A stretch of DNA of 64,000 nt, taken from Octopus vulgaris (Eukaryota). The DNA is taken from assembly GCA_951406725.2 (NCBI GenBank), contig OX597831.1, positions 36,704,001-36,768,000 on the forward strand, read 5' to 3'. The notes under the pieces are model-generated. The model had not been told where the DNA came from. It searched no databases and saw nothing but the letters and a program-made list of their open reading frames with translations. A program made the position numbers and the translations under genes. Shown here piece after piece: positions 1 to 13,419 of the stretch. Position 1 is the stretch's first letter, and each line of letters opens with the position of its first letter.

Positions 1-53
<53 letters not shown>

Positions 54-136
54 TGTGTGTAGATAGATAGATAGATAATTATATCTAGATATGTAGATGT
101 AATATGTGTATATGAAAATGTAATAGATATATATGT

Positions 137-191
<55 letters not shown>

Positions 192-347
192 CATACACAC
201 ACACACACATGCACACACATATATATATACATATATATAGTTGAAATTTAAAGAAAAACCAAAGATGAAGACAAGTATCTGAACAACAAGTAGGTTTATT
301 AGTTTATATACATACATATATAAATATCTATATATCTATATCTATAT

Positions 348-380
<33 letters not shown>

Positions 381-391
381 TTATATAGAAG

Positions 392-444
392 GAGCTTCTA
401 CAGGACTAGAACTGTTTCATTCAAGTGAAATCTTCAGGAAGCTC
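392..444 (-). ncRNA. Type I hammerhead ribozyme motif
   Basis: Minus strand reads gagcttc-CTGAAGA-tttcacttgaat-GAAACAG-ttctagtc-CTGTA-gaagctc: 7-bp stem I, short stem II, stem III ACAG/CTGT, GUA cleavage triplet. Confidence 0.8.
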
Positions 445-884
445 ATATAATAAATTAATATATAATAAATTAATTTTACTCTGCTATGTATTGAGTACCT
501 TATTTACTGTGGTTAACCCCGAATCAACCCGGGACCTACATATATATATATGTGGAGAACGGACGTTAAACGACGATGATGATATATATATATATGTTCT
601 CTCTCTATATATATATGCATGTATGTATTCACATACATTCACACATAAGTGAGTAAATAAATGAAAGAACATACATCTCGATGAATATATTTTGTATGTA
701 TTACTTATGCTTCAAACTACTTTTTGATTCAACTCCACATCACTTGAAGTTTCATGAACACATGAGGTACATCCATCTCGTTTAATGCTAAGGATGGATG
801 TATCCTACACACATGCACACACACGAAACTCTGAATCATTAAGTGCTGAGTTTAATTAGTACTATATATATATATATTCTTTCC

Positions 885-1090
885 CTCTTTTACTTTTTTA
901 CTTGTTTCAGTCATTTGACTGCAGCCATGCTGGAGCATTCTCTTTAGTCAAACGTGTCGACCTCGGGACTAATTCTTTGTAAGCCTAGTACTTATTCTAT
1001 CAGCCTCTTTTGCCAAACTGCTAAGTCACAGGGATGTAAGCACACCAGCATTGGCTGTCAAGCAATAGTGGGGGAACACAGTCACATAAA
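885..1090 (-). mobile_element. SINE family A, 3' half (also at ~2270-2475)
   Basis: Matches the 3' part of the copy at 44640-45062 (cagtcaaatgactgaaacaagtaaaa). Confidence 0.85.
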
Positions 1091-1397
1091 CATATATATA
1101 TATATATATATACAAAGATTATGTTGGTGATGGGGAATATATGTCGGTCTGGGCAATGTGACGTCAGTGACTACTAAACTGAGAAAGAAGCGACACCAGA
1201 TAGAAAAAGAAAGAAAATTTGCAAACAAAAGCAATAGATATTTTTTTTTTATTATTAAATAACAATAATAATAATAATAAAAATATATATATGAAATATA
1301 TTCAAATAAATATAATGTAATAATATAATATATGTCATGGAATCATATGTATTATGTGTGTGTGTTTGTGTAAATGCAATATATATATGTATATATA

Positions 1398-1452
<55 letters not shown>

Positions 1453-1542
1453 CTGTGTGTAGATAGATAGATAGATAATTATATCTAGATATGTAGATGT
1501 AATATGTGTATATGAAAATGTAATAGATATATATGTATACAA

Positions 1543-1597
<55 letters not shown>

Positions 1598-1789
1598 CAT
1601 ACACACACACACACATGCACACACATATATATATACATATATATAGTTGAAATTTAAAGAAAAACCAAAGATGAAGACAAGTATCTGAACAACAAGTAGG
1701 TTTATTAGTTTATATACATACATATATAAATATCTATATATCTATATCTATATCTACATATATATATATATATATTTATTATATAGAAG

Positions 1790-1842
1790 GAGCTTCTACA
1801 GGACTAGAACTGTTTCATTCAAGAGAAATCTTCAGGAAGCTC
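1790..1842 (-). ncRNA. Type I hammerhead ribozyme motif (duplicate of 392-444)
   Basis: Same motif with one change in loop II. Confidence 0.8.
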
Positions 1843-2501
1843 ATATAATAAATTAATTTTACTCTGCTATGTATTGAGTACCTTATTTACTGTGGTTAAC
1901 CCCGAATCAACCCGGGACCTACATATATATATATGTGGAGAACGGACGTTAAACGACGATGATGATATATATATATATGTTCTCTCTCTCTATATATATA
2001 TGCATGTATGTATTCACATACATTCACACATAAGTGAGTAAATAAATGAAAGAACATACATCTCGATGAATATATTTTGTATGTATTACTTATGCTTCAA
2101 ACTACTTTTTGATTCAACTCCACATCACTTGAAGTTTCATGAACACATGAGGTACATCCATCTCGTTTGATGCTAAGGATGGATGTATCCTACACACATG
2201 CACACACACGAAACTCTGAATCATTAAGTGCTGAGTTTAATTAGTACTATATATATATATATTCTTTCCCTCTTTTACTTTTTTACTTGTTTCAGTCATT
2301 TGACTGCAGCCATGCTGGAGCATTCTCTTTAGTCAAACGTGTCGACCTCGGGACTAATTCTTTGTAAGCCTAGTACTTATTCTATCAGCCTCTTTTGCCA
2401 AACTGCTAAGTCACAGGGATGTAAGCACACCAGCATTGGCTGTCAAGCAATAGTGGGGGAACACAGTCACATAAACATATATATATATATATATATATAT
2501 A

Positions 2502-3007
2502 CTAGCAGTATCGCCCGGCGTTGCTCGGGTTTGTAAGGGAAATAACTATATAAGCATTTTTAGAGAGTTACTTCCCTTATAAATTCGGGCTTTCTTAGCC
2601 ATTTTTGTTTTGGTGTCTTCAAGCCATGAAGTCGTTGTTCTAAAAGAACGCTGGTCTCCTTCACAACGCATTACGACGTTGATTTCTTTACACTCCCTTC
2701 CCCACAGCTTCAGGAGGGAGGGAAGGGGGAGAAGCAAACAGGTGCAGCTGTGAGCGTGGACGCCAACTCCGCCGCCATCGACACACGATGCATTTTATGC
2801 ATTAAAATGGAATAAAAAATGATGTTAAATTATTTTTAAAATCGTAGACTCATCGTTGACGCGCGCTAATAGTCAGACGGGCTCGATATGAATCACGACT
2901 ATAAGATACCCGAATTTGGTTACACTGCACCGCAAAATGTGGGAGGAGTTAGGAATCTAAATCGAAGGGGACAGACACTCACACAACTAGAGTTTTATAT
3001 ATATAGA
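2502..3007 (-). mobile_element. Non-autonomous Helitron
   Basis: Minus strand starts TCtatatatataaaac, ends with a cccgagcaacgccggg hairpin then CTAG, and lies between A and T next to a (TA)n run. Confidence 0.8.
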
Positions 3008-3041
3008 TATGTGTGTTAGATGATGTTGACGATGATGATGA

Positions 3042-3328
3042 TGATTGGCTTAGGAGTGGCTTTGTGGTAAGAAGCTTGATTCCCAACCACATGGTTCTGG
3101 AGTCAGTCCCACTGCATGGCACCTTGAGCAAGTGCCTACTACTGAAGCCCCCAACTGACCAAAATCTTCTGAATGGATTTCCATCTACCAGATCCATTCA
3201 GAAGATTTTGGTCAGTTGGGGGCTTCAGTAGTAGGCACTTGCTCAAGGTGCCATGCAGTGGGACTGACTCCAGAACCATGTGGTTGGGAATCAAGCTTCT
3301 TACCACAAAGCCACTCCTAAGCCAATCA
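3042..3328. repeat. 137-bp inverted repeat (fold-back of a SINE A head) with 13-bp spacer
   Basis: 3042-3178 is the reverse complement of 3192-3328, including private substitutions. Confidence 0.95.
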
Positions 3329-3495
3329 GCATCATCATCTAACATCCGTTTTCCATGCTGGCATGGATTGGACTGTTTGACCAGTGCTGGGAACCTGGGA
3401 AGCTGCACCAGGTTCCAGTCTGATTTGGGATGGTTTCTACAGCCCGATGCCCTTCCTAGTAATGCCAGCCACTTTACAGTGTATGCAGTGTGTCC
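3329..3495 (-). mobile_element. RTE-type LINE 3' tail fragment
   Basis: catcatc-taacatccgttttccatgctggcatgg...gatgcccttccta; same family as the tail that follows the RTE ORF end at 25484-25862. Confidence 0.7.
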
Positions 3496-3570
3496 CATTG
3501 ATCAGATCAACTGGAACCTCCATCATTGCAACTGAGGGAGTTCCATTGTCTGCATAACTGGTGTATACAA

Positions 3571-3805
3571 AGGCAGCGAGCTGGCAGAAACGTTAGCACG
3601 CTGGGCGAAATGCTTAATGGTATTTCCTCTGCCGCTACATTCTGAGTTCAAAGTCCACCGAGGTCAACTTTGCCTTTTTATCATTTCGGGGTCGATAAAT
3701 CAAGTACCAGTTACGCACTGGGGTTGATGTAATTGACCTAATCTATTTGTCTGTCCTTGTCTGTCCTTGTTTGTCCCCTTTGTGTTTAGCCCACAATAAT
3801 AAGAC
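3571..3805 (+). mobile_element. SINE family B (tRNA-derived)
   Basis: ggcagcgagctggcagaa head, gagttcaaa B-box-like motif, tttcggggtcgataaat central motif. Confidence 0.85.
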
Positions 3806-4168
3806 CAAATATGCATCAACTCATTGCCCAGCCTCGATTGCTTTACCATAAACATCAAATCTCTTAGGATGGTTGGAACAAGTTCACTTCTCACCTACAG
3901 GTACAGGCCTGGTTGTGTGATTAAGAAATTAGATTTGCAAGAGTGTGATCTTGGGTTTAGTCTCACTGCTTGGCCCTTTTGGCAAGTGTCTTCTACTAAA
4001 GCCGCAGGGTGACCAAAGCCTTGAGAGTAAGTTTGGTAAGCAGAGACTATATGGAGGCCTGTTATATGTGTATGTATGCATGTGCATGTGTGTGTGTGTG
4101 CATGCACACATCTGTTTTGTGTTCTGTGTTAGTCCCTCATTATTGCTTGACAACAGGTTTTGGTTTTA

Positions 4169-4400
4169 CAGTTCTATATTTAAGAGATGAGGAAACATGT
4201 ACATAATTTACATTATTTACATTATTTACATTTGACGGATATTTGTCCTCATCTTGTTTGTTGTTAACACAAAATTTTGGCTGATATATCCTCTAGCCTT
4301 CATCAGGTGCCTTGGGGGATATTTCGAACCTGGGTTCTCATTCCTAAGGTATTTTTCTATGTTGTTGTTTTTGCCGTTGTTGTTGTTATTATCATTATTA

Positions 4401-4442
<42 letters not shown>

Positions 4443-4550
4443 ATTCAGGTCACTGCCTGGAATTGAACTCAGAATCATGGGGTTAGTAGCCCATGCTCTT
4501 AACCACTATGCCATATGTCCGTGGGCATATTATTATTATTCAGTGAACTA

Positions 4551-4609
<59 letters not shown>

Positions 4610-4800
4610 TAATAATAATAATAAGAAGAAGAAGAAGAAGATCGAAAAATACCTTAGGAATGAGAACCCAGGTTCAAAATTTCCTGCAAGGCACCTAATG
4701 AAGGCTGGAGGGTATATCAGATGAAACGTGTTAACAACGAACAAGATGAGGACAAATATCTGTCAAATGTAAATGATGTAAATAAGGTAAATAATGTATT
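4169..4800. mobile_element. Inverted pair of tRNA-head/(TAA)n/hammerhead elements (minus 4169-4530; plus, head-truncated ~4540-4800)
   Basis: Both arms match 37400-37728; HHR cores decayed (4267-4310 minus, ~4691-4731 plus). Confidence 0.8.
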
Positions 4801-5455
4801 CATAGATGTGATACTGAAAAAAGAGCAAGTACTCCTGAAATACCTATTTACATCCATAACCTAGTTTTCTGTTTTTGATTTCATTGTTTACATAGATGTA
4901 TTCATATACGAAATAATGTAACTTTCAATGCAGGCTTTAAATTCTATAAAAATTCTGTAGAGAAGCACTCAGAAAAGGAAAGATTACTTTCCAGCATGAA
5001 AAAATAAATTCCTAGAGAGAAAAAAAGACGAAACAATAAAAACAATGTCATAATTTTTCAATTAGAAAATGCCCCTGTTCACACTGCAAGCACAGCAAAA
5101 GAACGGAAGGATTGTTTTCAGCAGGACCAAATTCTGTTTGCATTAAATAAACCGATCTGTATAGAGTTAAATAAGCCCAATGCTTCAGTGCTAACCTAAA
5201 AGATATCTGAAGAATATAATATGGAACAAAACATGTGATTACTCTTTTATGAAACCAGCATTCATATAAAAAAATGTTTTTTTATTCAAACTAAAATTAT
5301 ATGATGTTAAACCAAATCAAGTTGAAGAATATTGAATATAGCTTCACCTGTAACGTGATACACAGTTGCAGCTACCATTGCTACTGTTGCAGCTCATAGA
5401 CTAATCATATAAAACTACACAGTCTAGCAGTTACTCACACACATACACACATGTA

Positions 5456-5487
<32 letters not shown>

Positions 5488-5710
5488 GTTGAAATTTACA
5501 GAGAAACAAAAGACGAAGACAAGTGTATGAACAACAAGCAGGTTTATTAGTTTATACACATACATATATATATATATATGTGTGTGTGTGTGTATACATA
5601 TATGTATATATATGTATATATATGCATTTATATATGTATATATATATATGTATGTTTATATATATATATATGTATATATATGTATGCATAAATATATATG
5701 TATATATATG

Positions 5711-5754
<44 letters not shown>

Positions 5755-6154
5755 CATATGCACACACACACATATATATATATATGTATGCGCACATATA
5801 TAGATTCCCACACAAGTGAGTAAAATAAATATAAATGAAAGAAAGACACCTCTCAATGAATACGCACACACACACACACTCACACACTCAACATATGCTC
5901 ATATACTAGTTTGACTCACTCTGTACGATTGTGTACAAATATATGTACAGTTGTAATATAGTCATATGTACCTTTATAACAGAAGCACACATACATAAGC
6001 ACACAGAGAAGTGTATAACCGTACAAGTACATCCAGCTACATAGATGTGCACTTTCATATGACCATGTACATAAAAGAAATCTATAAACTTCTGTTATAT
6101 AAATGTATATGTACACATATATACCTGCACAGATCTCTTATATATATATACCTA

Positions 6155-6710
6155 GGTGCAGTAGTGGCTGTGTGTGGTAAGTAGCTTGCTTGCCAATGAC
6201 ATGATTCTGGGTTCAGTTCCAATGTGTAGCATCTTGGCCAGGCGTCTTTTACTAGAGCCTGGAACTGACCAAAGCTTTGTGAGTGGATTTGGTAGACAGA
6301 GGCATTAGGAAGGGCATCCAGTTGTAGAAACTTTGCCAGATCAGATTTGAGCCTGGTGCAGCCTCTGCCTTACCAATCCTCAGTCGAACCGTCCAACCCA
6401 TGCCAGCATGGAAAGCAGATGTTAAATGACGATGATGATGATGATGATGATGATGATGATATGTGTGTGTGTGTGTATGTGTATATGTTTGCACATGTAT
6501 ATGTTGTGTATCTGTGTTTGTCCCCTGCCAACATAGCTTGACAACCGATGCTGGTGTGTTTACATCCCTGTAACTTGGTTCGGCGAAAGAGACCGATAAA
6601 ATAAGTACTAGGCTTACAAAGATTAAGTCCTGGGGTTTATTTGCTCAACTAAATGTGGTGCTCCAGCATTGCCACATTCAAATGACTGAAACAATTAAAA
6701 GAATAAAAGG
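6155..6710 (+). mobile_element. SINE A interrupted by an RTE 3' tail (6301-6460)
   Basis: SINE head, then ggcattaggaagggcatccag...(GAT)n, then SINE 3' half. Confidence 0.8.
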
Positions 6711-6886
6711 ATATATATATATGTATAAGCATGGCTGTGTGATAAGAAGCTGGCTTCCCATCTACATGGTTCCAGGTTCAGTCCCACTGCATGGCACCTT
6801 GGGTAAGTGTCTTCTACTATAACCTTGGGCAAACCAAAACCTTGTAAGTGGACTTGGTAGAAGGAAACTGAAAGAAGCTTGTCATG

Positions 6887-6946
<60 letters not shown>

Positions 6947-7880
6947 CATATATCACATTCAGAATAATTTTTCTATCGTCTTGGCTTAACAGCCCTCACT
7001 GTTTGTTTTTACTGTTTTGTTCTCACTGTCTTGTTCTTGTTACCACTTTCACCCTCTGCAAAAATTCCAAATTTTATTTACTCTGCTTTGCTGGAAGGAC
7101 TGTTTCAATGAAGTCACGTCTTGTCATTGCCTTCAAAATGTGGTGTAGATGAGACAGGGACAACTGAAGAGGGGGAATATTCTTTATGTTGTATGTCTCG
7201 TTTCTCTGTTTGTTTTTTTCATTATTCAAAAAAAGAGTTTGTTTCTATGTTTTTGTTTTTATGTCTTCATTTCTCATTGTGTTCAATGTTTTCTTGATGT
7301 CCTGTACCCATATATGCATGTATATATACATATATATGTAGGTATGTACATATATGTATGTATATATGCATATATTCATATATTATTTATATTATATATA
7401 TATATACTGATATTTCTAAGTCTCTCTAAAGGAGACTATGGCAGCGGTACCGGATATTTATAGTTATCACCAAGCGAACATGGCAGTCCAGAAAAATACC
7501 CTGCAACTAGTCTGTAGATGCCAGACCAACAAGGGGAAGCTGCTGACCTCTCCTGTTCAAAAGTTATAATGGACACAGGTTCGTGTGTCACATAGCTAGC
7601 TAGAGGTGATGGCCTCTTGGAGTTAATCAACGGCAGCATTCATCCCATTTTCCCTCTATTTCACATCACACTTGTATTCATGGCTGTAAGTTTCATATAC
7701 AATGAAAGTGATATTGAAATCTGAAAGTAATGAATGTAAAATACAATTATGCATATTATAACCAATTAAATATTTCATGTAATATAAGAGAAATGAGTTA
7801 AAAATTACGAAGATGTACTTGCATAGCAAGTGACCTGACCTGAGATTGCATGCTGGAATGAAAACAATGCAGCACGGAAT

Positions 7881-7931
7881 TTTGTCAGTGAACAGGTCAC
7901 AGTCTCAAAGCGACGAAAATATTTTGACAAA
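7881..7931 (+). ncRNA. Hammerhead-like motif with G3-C8 swapped core, in a short repeat (~7805-8010)
   Basis: tttgtca-GTGAACA-g-gtcac-agtctcaaa-gcgac-GAAA-ATAT-TT-tgacaaa; second decayed copy at ~33903-33950. Confidence 0.6.
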
Positions 7932-8792
7932 TTAAATTTAAATGTTGAAGTGAATCTAACGGTTTTTGTGTGTTTCTTAAATGGCTTATAAACAGCTTCC
8001 ACGATGCAATTGAGTTAAAAGTTGTTTGCTGCATGTCACAGCACATTAAAAAATGTGATCATTCCTCCTAACTTTAGAACCTAGCCAGATCTTTGAAGGG
8101 ATAGCAGAAAGAGTCTCTTGCTTGTTAAGGAACACAAGAGAGGAGTTAAACTGGAAATTTGGAGAAGATTATGAGCAGTGATTTGGCTGCCACTGCTAAC
8201 TTGTCAACGGGAGCGTGTTATGGTTCAGGGTTGAAGCACCAAAAATTATTTGTACGCCAAGTCTTGAAATCAATTTCTCCTGGTCAAAGCTACATTAATA
8301 AAATATGATTGAGAGAGAAGCATCTTTTTTTTTTAGATAAATTAAATCTCATATAGTTATGTGAAAATAGTCAATAAAAAAATGACATAAAAACCATCAG
8401 CCATTTGGGGTAAGGGTTAAGAAGTGTCAGAAAACCTGTTGATACCATTTCACTGGCATTGTGTAGATAATTATATTTGGCTTTTACAGTTTTATGATTC
8501 ACAACATGTCAGAACAAACATATCACTTTGAAAGCGCATATAATCTTTATATATGTTCCTCCATTCTCTACCTTCTCCGACAAACATGGCTTCTTTGAAA
8601 TCTAATCTTTTATCTTTTACTGGCTTCAGTCAGAGGCTGGTGCAATGCTAGACTCCATTGGTATGTATGTATGTGTGTGTATGTGTGTGTGCATGTATAT
8701 ATGTATATATATGTATGTTTGTATGTATGTATGTATGTATGTATGTATGTATGTATATATATGTGTGTGTGTGTGTGTTTATGTGTGTGTGA

Positions 8793-9105
8793 AGGCACAT
8801 GGCTCGGTGGTTAGAGAATCGAGCTTATGATCATGAGGTTGTGAGTTCAAATCCCGGACCGGGCTGCATGTTGTGTTCTTGAGCAAGACACTTCATTTCA
8901 TGTTGCTCCAGTTCACTCAGCTGTAGAAATGAGTTGTGACATCACTGGTGCCAAGCTGTATTGGCCTTTGCCTTCCCCTTGGATAACACTGGTGGCATGG
9001 AGAGGGGAGGCCGGTATGCATGGGTGACTGCTGGTCTTCCATAAACAACCTTGCCTGGACTTGTGCCTGGGAGGGTAACTTTCTAGGTGCAATCCCATGG
9101 TCAGT
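8793..9105 (+). mobile_element. tRNA-derived SINE (third family)
   Basis: A box tggctcggtgg, B box gagttcaaatccc, then gtgttcttgagcaagacactt...cactcagctgtagaaatgagt. Confidence 0.75.
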
Positions 9106-9109
9106 CATA

Positions 9110-9970
9110 AGCAGTGGAACTTTTGTTCCATCAAGATGAATTGCTAAAATACAAGTAGCTCTTGCACTTTTATAACCTGTTGAGGCACTTGTCTGTTCAA
9201 TTGTCATTTTAGATCCTTGGCCCATAAATACTGCAGTCTCATCTATAGCAATTATATTGGAGAGATTGTATTTAGAAAAGTCGATGCCATCAACGAAGGA
9301 CTTGAATGCAAGTGCACGTTGAACAACTTCGGCATCTTCCAACTTGAACAGTGTTGTCGATCTCCTTAGAGAGAGCTCATATCACCAATGGGAGTTATCC
9401 AACCAATGAGGTGATGCTTTGAATGTCTCTGTGGGTATATCCAACTGTGGTGCCATTGCAAGAGCAAATTCTTGAATATAAGCCCTGTGTACAATCAAAT
9501 CCTTTGGTTTTTCTGTCAGCAATCCATCCCGAGATGATATCTTCCAGCTCTGAAAATAAGGATTTTCAACCTGTTCCACACCTGCACTTCTTAGCACTTT
9601 CCTCATACACCTGTCTACTGAGATTATCGTACTCTGCTTGCCATTTTCAAACCATTCAGGAATCCAATATCTTCTCCTTGCAGAAAGCCATAAGATTCTT
9701 GTTATGGGACTCTTCCACAATTCCTTTCTTGTACTCCATGCAATATCTCTTTCTTTCTGCACTCATCTTGCCTGGGGACAATGTAGTCAAGCCAAGGAGT
9801 CAACTCCGTGCATGCATGCTTAGCACAGATTTTAGCCAAGCAGTGGTAGTTGGTTTATTTTGCAAACATCACATGGTCTTGCTTTTTGGGGTAGGGCTTA
9901 TAATAAAAACATCCTGAAAAATCATAGCAGAATTATTTTCAGAGTAGATCTTACTTCTGGGGAAATATGG
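9110..9970 (-). mobile_element. Decayed pogo/Tc2-type DNA transposon (N-terminal DBD, CENP-B-like HTH, start of DDE_1)
   Basis: Frameshifted peptides YKKGIVEESHNKNL, LFSELEDIISGWIADRK, FKASPHWLDN, LSLRRST, IIAIDETAVFM; terminus TA|ccatatttcccc. Confidence 0.85.
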
Positions 9971-9972
9971 TA

Positions 9973-10055
<83 letters not shown>

Positions 10056-10087
10056 GTGCGTGTGTGTATGTGTATATATATATACAT

Positions 10088-10160
10088 TTAGCATAATGGT
10101 TATCAGCGCGGGCTACTGATCCCAATATCCCAAATTCAATTTCAGGTAGCTCCTTGAATA
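10088..10160 (+). mobile_element. Degenerate tRNA-like head related to the hammerhead element head
   Basis: gcataatggttatcagcgcgggctactgatcccaa...aattcaatttcagg. Confidence 0.55.
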
Positions 10161-10280
10161 AATAATGATGATGTTTACATTTTCGAATAATCAGGGAGAG
10201 AGGAAAGGATAAGTTGTCACGCATTAGTTGTAGATTATGCTTATAATTATAGAATTTATATACATACATACATACATACA

Positions 10281-10342
<62 letters not shown>

Positions 10343-10681
10343 TGATAAACTTCTTTCAGTTTCTCTCTACAAAATACACTCCTATGGTTTTCATCAGACC
10401 AGAGCTATTGTAGAAGGGACATGTCCTGATATGTCATACAGTGGGATTGAACTCAAAACCATGACATTCGGAAGCAAACCTCTTAGTGACACGGACGAAG
10501 ACCACTCAACTACATTGATATTGATATTGGCAAAGACACACAAGCACAACAGGATATCGGGGATGTATCAAAGTTAATGGGTGACAGTTTCCTGGCAATG
10601 CCTAATGGAACACATCTCAGTTGCTGCAACTTGAAGGAGAAGATACATATATGTATGTAATTATGTATGTATATCTATATC

Positions 10682-10993
<312 letters not shown>

Positions 10994-11654
10994 TACATAT
11001 ATATGTGCGTGTATGCATCCTTGTATGGCATGTGTATGTGTGTGGTTTTCACAAAATGTTTTGTATATTATTTTATTTACTCAAACACAAGGGTTCAGAC
11101 AGTGGAATATTGACAATACGACTAACAGGATTTAAAGACCAAAATGGTTTTATTGATATTTCTTACAGCACTTCACAGCCTTTTGCCATTATAAACAGTA
11201 AAGATATTAACTTGCTGAAAATGGGATTTTACAATATGGGATTTACAATACGAGAAAAGCGATGACATTGAAAATTCTATCAATAATACATTATTAATAA
11301 ATGTCTCCGCTGACATAATCCTTTGTTTCTGTATCAATTCTCTCACCATATTAAAGAGTTGGAACAACATTTTAACTTGAGTACGAAATCATTTACACCA
11401 ATAGCTACACTAGCAGAACAGGCCATTAAATATGTTAACCTGCTTTTCTTATGCTAAAGTTATTACGCTATTAATAAATAAGCACTGTGTCTTGGTCACT
11501 GCATATACGAATGGTTGATCTGAGTTTATGTATCTGAATATCTCACTAATCCGGGCAATTTTCTCCCTATTTTCTTTTCTTCTGCTATTGAGTTAATCTT
11601 CTTCAAGCGTTTTTAACACGTTGCTCATACATATAATTTTACATATATGCACAG

Positions 11655-11814
11655 GTGCTCGTATGGCTGTGTGGTAAGAAACATGCTTCCAAACCGCATG
11701 ATTCTGGGTTCAGTCCCACTGTGTGGGACCTTGGGCAAGTGTCTTCTACTATAGCCTTGGGCCATCCAAAGCCTTATGTGAGCATTTGGTAAATGGAAAC
11801 GGAAAGAAGGTCGT

Positions 11815-11862
<48 letters not shown>

Positions 11863-12272
11863 GGAGTGCCTGTGTGGTAAGTAGCTTGCTTACTAACCAC
11901 ATAGATACAGGTTCAGTCCCACTGTGTGGCACTTAGACATCTTGAGCAAGTGTCTTCTACTATAGCCTCAGGCTGACCAAAGCCTTGTGAGTGGATTTGG
12001 TAGACAGAAACTGAAAGAAACCCGTGATATATATATGTATATATACATGTATGTGCGTGTATATGTTTGTGTGTCTGTATTTGTTGCCCCCAACATCACT
12101 TGACAACCGATGCTGGTGTGTTTATGTTCCCGTTACCTAGCGGTTTGGCAAAAGAGACTGATAGAATAAGTACTAGGCTTACAAAGAATAAGTCCCGGGG
12201 TCGATTTGCTCAACTAAAGGCAGTGCTCCAGCATGCAGTCAAAATGACTGAAACAAGTAAAGAGTAAAAGAG
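11655..12272 (+). mobile_element. SINE A copies (head 11655-11815; full copy 11862-12272)
   Basis: ggagtgcctgtgtggtaag...gttcagtccc...gaaacaagtaaagagtaaaagag. Confidence 0.9.
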
Positions 12273-12419
12273 TATATTTATATATATATATATATTTTTT
12301 TCTATCTTAGCCATAATTTCTGATTTCTGTATAACAATCATACATGCATTCAGCTCATCAGCAGGAACACAAGTGAAATAGAACTTCAAAATACTTTCCA
12401 ATACACACACACATACACA

Positions 12420-12488
<69 letters not shown>

Positions 12489-13365
12489 TGACATGAAGCT
12501 AAACCTACTGATACAACAATAGAAGCTGAAATGTCGTATACTTTAGAAAACTACCCTCTAGAGGTCGATGTCTCTGATTGCCTACCATTTTGTATATAAA
12601 AATTTCAATCATGAAATTGGAATTATATCTGTATATATTCGTCTAAATACATCAACAATGTATTGTTGCACAATGTCTAATAAAATGGCCCAATAGACCT
12701 GATATGCAGTTAAAATCAATATTATGTGAAATATATAATGTGAAAAAGGCGAACTTAAAAACTCATTCTAGGTATCCGTATCAATATATAATGTATATAT
12801 GATTGCACTGGACCTAACCTTTATTTATCTCTCACACACACACAAAAAATAATTAAATGCAGAGTAAAACTGAGTGGTTTTGTTTTATTTTAAAACAAGT
12901 GAGTTGATTCAGTTTACATTAGATTTAATTACATAGAAACCATTCGATATATATATGTATATATACATGTATGTGCGTGTATATGTTTGTGTGTCTGTAT
13001 TTGTTGCCCCCAACATCACTTGACAACCGATGCTGGTGTGTTTATGTTCCCGTTACCTAGCGGTTTGGCAAAAGAGACTGATAGAATAAGTACTAGGCTT
13101 ACAAAGAATAAGTCTGGTGATCAGGTGTCCGATTTGCTCAACTAAAGGCAGTGCAATACAGTGGTGGTCAAATGAGCTCATCAAGTAAAAGAGTAAAAGA
13201 GTATATTTATATATATATATATATTTTTTTCTATCTTAGCCATAATTTCTGATTTCTGTATAACAATCATACATGCATTCAGCTCATCAGCAGGAACACA
13301 AGTGAAATAGAACTTCAAAATACTTGCCAATACACAGCACACGATACACACTAAACACACACACA

Positions 13366-13419
<54 letters not shown>

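Larger units (their letters stand above)
1..2501. repeat. Near-identical tandem duplication (1-~1112 repeated at ~1400-2501, offset ~1385-1400)
   Basis: Same unique sequence in both copies (e.g. 61 vs 1461, 661 vs 2046); differences are mostly microsatellite length. Confidence 0.95.

Noticed and set aside
766-805. 10-bp hairpin tacatccatc/gatggatgta
   Set aside because: Isolated stem with no recognisable motif; the second copy is only the tandem duplicate
5040-5125. IFQLENAPVHTA peptide
   Set aside because: Probably a tiny Tc1 relic, but too short to delimit
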